Source: Lingula anatina
Taxonomy: Eukaryota; Animalia; Brachiopoda
Length of the DNA: 64,000 nucleotides
Reading direction: 5' to 3'
Assembly (NCBI GenBank): GCA_051362555.1
Contig: CM120643.1
Span: 5,208,001-5,272,000 of the forward strand
Made by a program: the position numbers and the translations under genes. Below, piece after piece: positions 13,901 through 27,100 of this stretch; positions within the stretch are counted from its first letter, which is position 1, and each line of letters starts with the position of its first letter. A model generated the notes under the pieces. That model saw nothing but the letters and a program-made list of their open reading frames with translations. It did not search any database and was not told the DNA's origin.

Positions 13901-16900
13901 TTTCCCATAATTCCCTCAATATGGGAGATTTTTAGCCTTTAATTTTGCAAATCTTGGACAAGGGTACATTGCCACAAGTGCCACACCTAGACCTGTACAC
14001 CAACAAAGCCCTAAATTCACTTGGAACGAGTTGAAATTATATGTGACCTAAATCCAACAGATAGATACCCAGGCTCTTGTAGTCTAGGAGGAGAAGTGGT
14101 AACGGTGACATGGTGGTGGAGCCAGCATATGATACGGATACGGTGGACGAGACGCTGGTGGTACAATAATGCCTTTTTCAATGGAACATTTTTGCTTCTA
14201 AACAAATACTTATCACATAATAATGGCACCAGATTGTAATTCAACCCCTATTTACCAAATTTAATGATAACATGTTACTTGTTTACAGTGTTAAGCAGAA
14301 AACTGATTATAATCTCACACTAATTTACAAAGCAGAAAAAGTGATGATTAACTCTTCACCACTTGAATAGCAACAAAAAAGGAGTTTGTGCTATAAATAG
14401 TTTATTTCATTGTACTAAGATGAGCATTCCACATAAAGGAAACTGGAAAAAGGCCTTTTTGTCAAATGTAGGCTTTTTTAATGAAGCCAACCCCTTAATA
14501 AAAGACTGGATACTGTAATTACTCAATCTTTTCAAAGGAAGAAAACTGTGAACTTTACAGTTACTGTACTTTTTTTGTCATAATTTCTAAGGCTTCATTC
14601 ACATGCAATGTCTATTTTCTAAATTCTATTTTCTATTCGCGCTATCTTATGATCACGGTCTGTGCCCTGAATATCCCGCGGCGTAATTACTGGCAGCACG
14701 AGCCAGTTACTATAAGCAAACGAAGTGTGAACGAAGCCTAAGACTGTGAACGAAGCCTAAGACTGCATTGCCATAGATTTAGATCGATCCATCTGGATCG
14801 ACCTAACTCCCTGGGGGTTCACGCTAAATTGCTGTCAGCTCAAGAGGCTTAAATGTCTGTCATGCCTACCGAATCAGCTAGGGTAAAGATAATTACCCCC
14901 TAACAGCTTTACTAGGCGTGACAGATATTTACACCAGCGAAGTTGACAGCAATATAGTGAGACTCCCCAGAGGGATAGATCGATCTAAATATCCGTGGGA
15001 ATGCAGTCTAAGAATAGAAGATTCTTACTGAGTGATAGAAACAAAATTAAAAAGTAGGCAACTCTATTGTTCTATCCTATACGGTAAAAGCACCACAAAG
15101 AGAAGTTTGGGGTAGTAAAATGACATTTTATGGCGACAACAATCTCCAGAGCTTATTGATGCACATTCCGCACATGAAATATAATTTTTATGATATTAAA
15201 ATTATACATATTGATTTATTTTGTCCATTGAAAAGATCAGTAATTACTGTAAAAGAAAACTTGAAAACTTCTTTTATATTATACTCGTATACTTCATTTC
15301 TCAGGCAAATTATGTCATGTCTCAAAAAAAAAAAAAAAAAAAACTTAACAAATATGTAAGTAGCCTGGGGCCGGTTTCACGAAGCTGTCTTTAGTTAGTG
15401 ATCGGTTGCTAGAATCTTGCTAGTTATAAGTGCCATTTCACGAAGCTATCTCTAGTTATCTCGTTCGTTATTGTGCATTGTTACCATGGATATTTATCAA
15501 CTGGTCAGGCAACTCGCAAACTCTAGAGTTTCATCATAATTATGCGTAAAGAATGAAAGAGAAAGGTTGCTTAGTTAACGTTTTCTGTTGTTTGTATGCA
15601 ATATGATATGGCGGCTGCCTCTCTTGCCATCCGTGCCGCCAGAGGGCAACGGAGTATATGATGTTTTCATCAGAGGCAAAATCCATTAGAATCCATCAGT
15701 CTGAGAATAAATGAACAATGATGAAAATTATAATAGGTTTCATCTGTCAGTGATAAGACAAACAGTGGAGAGGTAGTGGAGATCCTTTACGACGACATCA
15801 CAGCAGACATTCGTGTGCGGTTCATGTGCGGTTAAAATGTTAGAGAGTTAGGACATTTATGGCACTTTCTTGAGAAGTATTCTCGTTAGCGAGATAGTTC
15901 TGTCGTTATTTATACTAACTGATGACTGCTTCGTGAAACAGGCCCCAGGTGTGAAGATTGACGTACCTGAGGAGTGATATCAGCTTATCACTGTGCTGTG
16001 GGAGGGCAGTGTACTGACCAGCATGGCTTAGGACAGTACTGACCACTGCAGAGGTCACATAAAAGCCATGGTTAGCATCAGGTGGGTACTCTGTCCACTT
16101 TAGAAATGTCCTGTCAAAGTCTATGCTGACCTTAGTGGTGGTGTTAGCAGGAAGCTTTAGAATAACTTCCATTAGACATGGTTGCTGTCGGTCCTTGGCT
16201 TGGACATAATGGATATGCACTAAAACATGACAATGATAGAAATCTACAATGACTTTGTACATCAACAACTTCAACTTTAAACTCTTTCAGTTGAGACAAA
16301 TTTTTGAAATTATAATGACAAATAGCTGGCAATATTAATCTTGCATGTGACAAGCACCATTAGAGTAACTGAAACCTCTCTATTCTCATTTAATTCTCAA
16401 GGAACCTTTCTGATTGAATATTCTCTTATCTTGCACTTCTCATCTTTCCCTCATTTCATCTTCCCCTTCTCATCTACCTGACCTATACAGAAATCTGAAG
16501 AATTTTTTGCACCATTCACTGCTCTGGCTAAACAACCAATGCCACATTTGCATCAACAGTGAAAAGTCTTGATGCCTTGCATATGGGAATACTTAATAAA
16601 CAGGCCTAGTAAACTTTCATCTCAGTCAAAAGCTATCTATCACAGGCTTTATAGTAGAAGCCTTGGTTCACACAAACCTGCTTACTTATACATATATCAA
16701 AGCTTGGACATAATAACGAAAGGACGTGAAACGAGGAGCAAGATCAAAGGATAATCGGCTTAGTGCGAGCTCTTCATGAAACCATGTGCGTTCGGACCTC
16801 CCGTACAGGTAGCGAGCATATCGCAGTTGTCGATGACTTTTTGTGACAATTGGGCAGGTAGTTCGCGATAACGTGAGGCAATCCTTCCGGTGGATGAGAC

Positions 16901-19503
16901 AATCAACTTATAGAGATTAATTATAAGTACAATTTGTTCTATCAATTTGGAAGCTATGTGAGAATTTGATATGTTTGTTCATGGAGAAATTCAAAACGTG
17001 GTATGTGGTAAAGGCAATCTTGTTTGTTGCCATAAAATGAGCATTCAAAATTGTATAATTGTAGTGCAGCGTACTTGTTTTTAGCTAAGATCCAATAGGA
17101 AAATATTTCTAGTGTCGAATTTTTCTCTCTGTGTGAGAAATGAGCCTGCAATGCGGGAATAATGAAACCTTCAATCGTGTCTTGAATTAAAATGATGCAG
17201 TTTCTCTCCGATTTCTTAGGTTGCTGACATTTCTTTTAGACCGGTATTTTTTATTCACCTTTTAAATAAAGATGACATAAACACTGCTGTATACTTTGCT
17301 TAAATTAGTGCGATTTGCTAAAATATGCGTGATTTTTAGGATGATAATTAATATTTTCTACTCTCAATACAGGCTCTCGTTGCAATATGGCACCACACAT
17401 GCATTTGTGACACACAAAAACGCACCCGTAATGCCTTTTAATGTCCCTTTATCATAGTTGACATCCACACTTTTGTGAACTGTATATATATATGTTCATT
17501 TTACCGGCTAACGTCTTCTTGAATTTGGGGTTGCTCGTTAATATTGTTTTACCCTCAATATCGGTTCTCATTGCAATATGGCAAAACACATGGATTTGTG
17601 ACAAACAAAAAAGTGCCCGGAGTGCTTTTAATAACCTTTTTATCAAAGTTGACATCAACACTACAGTGAACTGTATATATACTGTATATATATGTTCATT
17701 TTACCGGCTATTGTCTGCTTGAATTTGGGGATGTTAATTGATAATTTCATTACCCTCAATATCAGCTGTCGTTGGAAAATGGCACCACACATGAATCGGC
17801 CGATATATTGCTTTAAAACCACTTATACATCAGCTCAACATAGATCAATACAATCTTTGAAATGATAACAAGTATAGACAAATGCCAGAACCTGTTTTAA
17901 TGAGGTTACAAGAAAAAGATACTGAAAACTCGAAACAAATTTCCACGTGTTGACGCAAGCTTATGTGCGCGCAACTGCAAGATGGCGGCAATGCTTTATC
18001 ATAGCAACCACGAGGGACCGTGAGAAATTATGTTATCCATGTTATCAACAAAAGAAAATCACTGAGGCACAGAACATGCTACCTTGATAATAAGCTGTTC
18101 AGGCTCCCATGGAGCTATCAAAACAGCTTATCTGAGACAATGGGCGAATGTTTACCCGAATGCACATAGCTTCAAAGGAAGAAGCCGTGTTTCATGTCCT
18201 TTCGTAATTATGTCCAAGACAAGAGGGATAACAACTGTTCGTATGAGATTCATATTAAACAATAAAACATTGTAAACAACTCAAAGAAATATAATAAACT
18301 CTATTGGATATTGGAATTATTCTGAAATCTGCGCTTGCCATCAGACCAGACATGAAATTTCAAAGATAGCTATACATGTACTTCCGTAATAATTTCTGTA
18401 GCATATTGTAACCCTTAATTACTATCTTCTAGATACAGAAAATAATTTTTTTCCTGCATCTAATTATTCAATAATGCATCAATAAAAAAAATGAAAATAT
18501 AAAATATAAGCATTTTTACTTCTCATTGCAATGTTTAACCACAAGCAACTCAAAGGTTAAAGGGATAATAACTCTTCATTTAATGAATCCATTTTTACAT
18601 TCAAAGTTAGTCCCTGGTTTTTCTTTTCTAAAAAGTTTTTTTTTTTTATATCATCTCTTAAGAGATCATAACAGATGGAGGTCACATGGTCTAAAGACAA
18701 GCTCAGATATCAGAATAATAGCTTTAACTGTCGTTTTTTGTGGTAAAACAGAATATATTACATTTCTTTGAGTTGTTCACAATGTTTTTATTGTGAAATA
18801 TAGATCTCATACGAAGAGTTATTATCCCTTTAAATTGTCAATTTAACACCTTTCAACTTGGAGGTGAGATAACAAGTGTATGAGACACTTTCAGTTTTTA
18901 CCTCAAAATTGCAATTACGACTTCACCCATCATGCCTTTCTACCGAACAAAGTGACTCAGTAAATTTAAAGTAAAGCAAAAAGACGGTTTGGCAGTTATG
19001 GGTCAATCATCACCAAAATTGTGTGAAAAAAAAATAGATAAAAAATAATTTAAAAATAATTACTGTACATGTAAACTGATCATGCTGTTTTTTGAAAGCA
19101 ACCTGCTTCTTTGCCAAACAAAGCTACATAGTGTGGGGCCAACGTCACCAAAATTATGCAAAAAAAAAATAAAAATAAATTAATTAATTAAAAAAAAGCA
19201 ATAAATACTGGAAATGTAAACCATTCATACAGATTTTCGAAAGCAACATGCTGCTTTACCAAACAAAGCCACTTAGTAAATTTAATTTAAAACAAAAATA
19301 CGGTTTGGCTGTTATGGGGTGAACTTCACCAAAATAGTGCAAAAAGAAAAAAAAACAGAATAATTACCTAAATGTAAACTATCATGCTGATTTTTGAAAG
19401 CAACCTGCTTCTTTGCCAAACAATGCCAGTCAGTAAATTTAAAGTAAAACAAAAATATGATTTGGAAGTTATGGGGCAAGCATCACCAAAATTGTGCAAA
19501 AAA

Positions 19504-19554
<51 letters not shown>

Positions 19555-21052
19555 TAATAATAATTACCATAAATATGAATGAATCATGCCGATTTTCGAA
19601 AGCAACCTGCTTCTTTACGAAACAAAGCAACTCAGCATATTTAAAGTAAAACGAAAATATGGCTTGGGATGAATGTCATGCGTCGGACAGCGACAACAAT
19701 GTTGACAACATGGACAGACAGAATTATCAGAATATATATAGGCACTTACAGTGTCTGTATTTTCAAGCTTCTCATTGTCAAAGACAGAAGTAAAGGGGGG
19801 ATGGAACATGTAAACTTGTGCCAGCAAGTAATCAATTTGATGGACAGTAAATTGTCTAAAAGTATGCTCAGATGGTATGAATGAAGCATTGTACTATAGT
19901 GGGAGTACCATATATTTGAGCATTGTTTATGAGGATGGTGGTGTGACATCTGCTCATGGTTTAACAAGCAATGATCTAAGAAAACATGATGCAAATCAGT
20001 TACCTTAAACAAAATTGACTTTAATCTGTCGAATTTTAAGATCAATGTGTCAGTTATCTGAGGTATAAATCAATGTATAATCAATGTTGGATTTCCTTAA
20101 ATTCAAGTGCACATGCTTCTATGGTTTGTCTTTTGCCAGTATCTTGGAGTTTTTTAAACTGACTTTATGGGAACAGGTGTTAAGATATTGCCTGATGCCA
20201 CAAGAATTGTCAGATATAACATGTTATTTAGTCTCTAAGAAAAGGATAATTCTATTTTAGTTACCACATCATTTAACTCACATGGGTTTTCCTGCATTCC
20301 ATCTATCTCCACTTTGAGTGTGTGGAAATACATTTTAATGAACCATGGGACCATCTCCATGTAGATGACAGTGAGATTCTCCTTAGGGTCAGTGTTGAAC
20401 AACATAGTTACAATGCCACCATTTTCTTGGCCAAAACCTGGAGTGTTATACAAAAATAAATTAATATTACATCTGACACATTCCAACACATACAAAAATG
20501 CTGTAAATGTTTCTAGTTCATAAACTGAGTCTTTTGGATTAACCAAGCTATTTTAAAATTGCTTAACAGACCAAGGACTTGCAAACTATAATACAACAAG
20601 GAAGCATTCTTGCTGCAAGACATAATAAAGAGTCCTAGATACTTTTGTAAATTCAATGCTGCTATTTACAGTAATGCCTCAATCTTTTCAATGAGCAAAA
20701 ATTATCAAAATTTCAGATACAACGTTTTAAAATCACAAAAATTATATTTTTATAGCATTTGGAGTGCTTTTAATGCACAAAATAGAACTATAAGATAGTC
20801 TGCTTTGAAATTTTGTTGCAACAACTCTAATGCTCTAATTTAAAGAAATTATGAAAAAATACATTATCTGTAAAATTCACAATTTTTTTCCCCACTGAAA
20901 GGGTCAAGGCATTACCATAACGTGAGAACTGCGATCCAGTACACACAATCCTTTTTTCTAGTTTCTAAAATGTATTTATGGATTTGGAAGAAGTGTACCA
21001 GCTATAACTAACATTAATTAATTACATTCATATACTGGAAAAAGCAATAAAA

Positions 21053-21121
<69 letters not shown>

Positions 21122-24100
21122 TTTTAACAACATAAGGACAACAGTTGAAAAAATAGCATGCCTTCCATGGTGCATTTTGTTTACAATAAATTATCTATTT
21201 ATCTGTGTATCTAGCTATCTATTTGTTGTTTTATTATAATACAACTATGATATGAGGGAACTGGGAATATTTAGGTGGGGGTGCAAGAATGGGGAATCCC
21301 CCATACTCTCATGCTCTCAGTATACATGTATGCTGTACTCCCATAGGGTTAACCATCACAGAGTTAAGTCGATCCGTGTAGTCTGATGGTGTCTTTATGT
21401 GAATGGGGCCTTAAACATGTCATTTACACCTTCCTGGCGTATGCTTAATATAACATTTATACAGTAATCCACTGCTGAGCATGACTACAGAAAGTGACAA
21501 CTACAAACCTGTAATAAATCTGTGAGCATGAAGTTGCGGTGGTTGTGGTTGTTTGTATATAACATTCCTGTTGTACTTTGCTGCCAGATTTAGTCCACTG
21601 GGAGGTCTTTTCTTGGCATCATAAATGGCGAATTTTCTTTTGTCTCCACCTCTGGTGGCAGTCTCCACCCTGTCAGGTGGAGGACTGAGATGAAAGTGGT
21701 AAGCGAGAGTCTGGAACAATTTCAACATGATTACCAAAATCTATTCATTACTTCACATGTGCAAGGAGGCTTAGTGACCTCACTTGAAACTAGGGGATCA
21801 GAGAAGATACTGCCTCCAGGTTTTTTATGCCACCAGTGGTAGTATATTCCAGTTCAATGAATATCATGGGCAAATTTCTTCTAGGTTAAGAAATGTAAAG
21901 TCTAGTATTTTTAAAAGTGCATTTTACGACAGAATTGTCACCAAAATTGTGCAAATAAATAAATAAAACAGAAAGAACTGATCATGCTGATTCTTTAAAG
22001 AAACCTGCCTCTTTACCAAACAAAGTCACTCAGTAAATTTAAAGTAAAACAAAAAGAGAAGTTTGGTGTAGTCAAACGACATTTTATGGCGTCAACAATC
22101 TCCAGAGCTTATTTATGCACATGCGCATTTCACACATGCTCAATTCTCCCATAGAGGGGTAATCTCAAATGAAATTCATATTGCTATTTATATCAAGGGA
22201 GCGTCACTACCTAACCCCATTATGCACTTGATTCATTCTATTAGCGTGCATAATACCATTAATCGAACAACCAATATTCTTTGTTCCCTTCTTTCTTGTT
22301 GTGAATGGGATTATGGAAGTTTGTGGTGCACTGAGATGGAGGAGTTATAAATACAGTTTGGCAGTTGTGTCTGACAGCAACATCTACAGCGACGACACAG
22401 ACCGATGGATTGATCAGAATATATATAGACACTTACAGTGTGAGTGTCTGTCTATAAAAATTGTTACACTTGACAAGATTTTCAAAATGCAGGTCTTTAC
22501 TTTTTACAGTTCAAAAATTACAAAGAGTTTGCAGTTTCATAATCTAATGAATGCTTCTCCAAATGCACCAACTGACTCCAAACCCAAGTGTAACTTCTCA
22601 ACATAATATAAAAGTTAAGGTCTATGCAGTATCTGAAAATACGTACAAATAATTTTACACAAAAAATTCAGATGTTTACAAAATATCTGCCTGTTTCACC
22701 TTGAAGTGTAGGGCAAAGGTCAAATCTAGTGGCACATATGATTTCTAAATTTGACTTCCTATTAATGAATAGTGTCTGTGCTGGTTGTACAATAATATAT
22801 AAAAGTGATAAAGTGTAAGATTTCTAAAACCAATTCTTGTTGAAGTTATCTGAGGACAAAAAAACATCTGACCCACTTGATTGCTTGTTGCATAATCCCG
22901 ATAGGGGTCTATAAAGGGATAAGATGGTAAGCTTTTTGGTGGGACGCCAAATATGGCCGACACACTTGAATACTTCCCCATGGGGAATCTGTTCGGTGTC
23001 TAGCAGTGGATTAGATGGCATATTTGACCCACGGACTACTTAGTCCATTGTTCTGAATGCAGCCTTTGAAGTTTGGTTGACATTTTAATACTCTGGAACA
23101 CTGGAGCAGTAAAAGTAAAGCATCTCAGCAGTAAAGTATCTGAGTGCAGGGGCAGGTCAAGCAACAATTCATGGGTAGCTGAAAATACTCCTTTTTTTCT
23201 TTCAAGATAAATTCCATTTGGCAGGAAAATCCTTGATAGGACATCTGCAGACCACCAGTAGTCACAGAATTGAAGTGGATATCTTGTATAGGAAATGCTG
23301 TTCTAGGGAAGAAGTTATGTCCAATACCTATAGCTCAAACTTTTTTGCAGATGTCATTACCTCTGCCAAGGAGATTGTTTTTGGTTCTGTTTGTCTGTTA
23401 GAAACATACCAAAAAACAAACAAATATACTGACAGTCAATGAAAATGCATAAAAAAAACTTGCTAGTATTTTTTTTTTACCGGGAATCAATTCCAACCAT
23501 ATAAATGAGTACAAATGCAGTTGTTTGGTCATAAGATAGTGGGCTGACCACTCGGATGTTTAAAATTTCCGCTTCAGTGATTTTGTGATCAGCTGTTACA
23601 AAATCATGTGTTTTTCCTGTCTCGTGATTGGTGTGAATTAATCAGGTTCAATATATGGTGATTAATTAAGCCTATTTAGGGTAGTCACCAAATCCAGTAT
23701 GACACATGACAAAAAAGCTCAGTAATGTCACATCTGACACTGAAAGAGTGACTGCGGGCCCTGGGGATGCTGGAGGATGGGCGGAACCAAAGAGATCTGA
23801 TCACGTGACATTGCATTTTAATGATCTTTTCTGACCTTTATTTCACCTTGTGTGACTGAATAATGGGTCATATTTCACACGAAAATGGTTATTTTCTTAA
23901 TGTGCCAAAGGAACTTAGAATATTATTTGATAAATAAATGATGAGTTTTCATTGACTGTCAGTATAGATTTTGAGGTCATTAAGTCAGTCAGAAGAATCA
24001 AGTCAGTTAAGTCAGAAGTTGTTAGGTCAGTCAGAAAATTTTTACCAATGTTTTGAGACATGGGTCCCACTTTATAGTCTTAATGATTAAATGAAAATAA

Positions 24101-27100
24101 CATGAAATTAAATGAACAGGTTACCTTATTGCCAGTTATATCCACTAAAATGTGGCTTGCTTCTGCAACAGGACAGGAATTAGTTAAGAAACGACCAAAC
24201 AGCGACTTGAATGACCAGTCTGGAAAGGAAAAATGAAATGAGAGCCACAACCAAAGCAGCTTATTTACCATTTTGATGAGATATTGCATGTGATTTTTTT
24301 CTCTCATAATTATGACAATTTTTAACAAGGCAGCAAAGCTGTCAAATGTACAGACAGCTAGAAAGGAAAATATCCAATCTAGCTGGTTTGCAAATTTGAG
24401 CTGTATGTCAATCATCTTGTAAGTTACAAAATAATAAGTAACACAGCTTTCCTTTTAGAGCATTTGTAGTGGCAGAAAACAAAATATTTTGGTCAATTTT
24501 GATGCAATGCCACATAATGCTTAACAGCTTATAATAACCATCAATTTTAGATTATGCAATGCTGATACATAAATATCTAGAAAATGTGACTAGCAAAAGT
24601 CTTCAAGGCCATGGATAGTCAAAGTCACATCTTAAAAATGCCAATATTTATGCTATCTCACCTCAAAATAGAAAGGAGTTATATTACTAAGTTATTCAAA
24701 TAAAAATGTTTAATGAAATTGAATTACATACCCATAGATTAAATTTTTACCAGAGGCCTGTGTCATCATAGAAAAATCATTACAGTTTTGTTTTAGTAAA
24801 ATGTTGGACCAAAGGATATAGAAACACTTCTCATACCAAACTGATACACATTGCACTTATATGTCTATTCATAACTGTTATCTTTTTAAAATATGATGGG
24901 CAGTATACTTTATTTAAACTATATCTTTAATATTTATTTTCAAGGTTGAATCAAATTTCATATCAATACTATATCTTAATATTATATGTGCATTCAATAT
25001 ATGTTTTATATATTGCAAAGAGTACAATAACTCCTTAATATCATTATTATATCAATCAGTGAGTTGGAATCTCCAAAAGTCAATAAAAAATTCAACTCTT
25101 ATAAAAAACTGAAGCTGCAAAATTGGCAATGAATATATTTCTGCTTTTTTAAAAATGCTCAGGAGTAGACCCAGTACCTTGCTTGCCACCCTGTCGTACT
25201 GGTGGTTCATAGACAACAGCTAAACTCTGGACCAGCTCTACCCCTGTGGTATCACACTCTGCATCCTAAAACACATTGAAAACAAAATACATCAAAGGGC
25301 ACTAAAAGGATTCTTGTGAGTTGATTGGGGGAAAGGGGGAGCTCTTGAAATTTTTACTTAACTTTTTGTGACAAGTTAGGATGGCTTTCCACATCAAATA
25401 GCATTCTTAACAGTATGTCATCTACAAATTACTGTAAAATTTCTAAACACCTCCGTGTAAATAATTTTAGTAAAATTACTCAATAATCAATAAATGCAAT
25501 CAAGAAGAATGAGTTATTTTTATGAAGTTATGATTTTAAGGATATTACAACCCTTTATTATCATCCAGATACCAAAAATGAGGTTTTCCCTGCATCTAAT
25601 TATTCAACTAGAGGATCAGAGAGGCAATACCACCCCTGGGTATTGTACCACCAGCCAGAGTAAGCTCATTTGTATGGAAAAAAAAAAAGGACACCACCTC
25701 CAGGGTTGTGCTTGACAACCTCTACAAAATGCAGTAAACAATAGTTCTCATTTTTTTGTTGAAAACTACAATTTGTAACTGAATCATGGGGATAAGTAAA
25801 AGGTAAAATCAAATTTGCCACTATATGACTTCCTATTCAAGTTTTGAAATAGAAATGTGCAGCAAACCTTAATGCTAATGCCTTCAAGATCTCAACAAAA
25901 ACTGGAAGTCGTCATGGCATCAATGTATTAAGGAAGCTGCTAGGTGTTTTCTGATGAGAAATATTTTGTAGCTTATGCAGATGTTGAGAAAATAACCATG
26001 CAGATAATAAAAAATTCAATTGTCAAAATCTAAACTGCTTAAAATCGTTTATTTCTGATCTTGAATTGTCAGTGTAAACAAAGTGTGCTGATCACATCAT
26101 AAACAATCATTCGAATGCCTCATTTGGTGCTAGGTACCAGACGCTTTATTTAACTTGACAACACAGTGGTTACGTTGTGCATGACAGGAAAAACATAAAA
26201 AAGGTACTTCTGGTTTTCGTCGATTTCTTAAAGGTGTCGATTTCTTGAAGGGCGAGTATAAATACATTACTGAATAATTAGATGCAGGAAAAAACTCATT
26301 TTTTGGTATCAGGATGATAATAAACCCCTAACAGCATCCTAACTTTTGAAAAAGCATTAAAGAACACAGAAGAACCAGCTACTTACTGTACATACAGATT
26401 TGTAATAAACTCCCAGTGAATGATAGGATGTGTCATACAGCTTTCCAGACTTGAAGAATGTAGAGAGGCCAGCCTAGTAAAAAAGAAAATAATGCACACT
26501 AAGTAATGAAAACTTTTTATAGTAATGTAATGATAACTTTTTATAACGCGCAAAACGCAATCCGCAATTCCATGGTTCATGTCAGCTTTACATACAGCCG
26601 CTCAAAGAAAACCCAAGGACACATAATGACCAGTTTAATCAGTTTATTTGATGACGCTCTCTACAGCCCGGGAGCCACCGGTCTGCCGCTAGGTGGCTTT
26701 TAACCAAACCGGAAGTTCTAGAATTTGAATTGCGTGCATTTTTTTTAGATTTATAGGGTGTCAGAAACGGTAGAATATCTTGACTACTAAGGGTATGAGA
26801 GTTTTGTTATGTATACTGTCATCTTTAGAAATAAATTTCAAATGATGTGAGATGTTCCTCGAGTTGATCTAAACCCTATTTTGTGTTCAAAAGTGAATTT
26901 GAAATCGAAGTTTTACCAAAGCTGTAACGGGAGTTCAACTTTACCTCTAATGCTTGCATTTTTAGAGAACAGGTTCCAACTTCAAATTATCAGTTAATTG
27001 TGGCAAATTTATTCAGCATGTAAGGAACTTTACCGTTATCCAGGAATGGCACAAATTGATTCACACCCGTGTATGTAAAAAAAATCGTACTTGCAACAAC

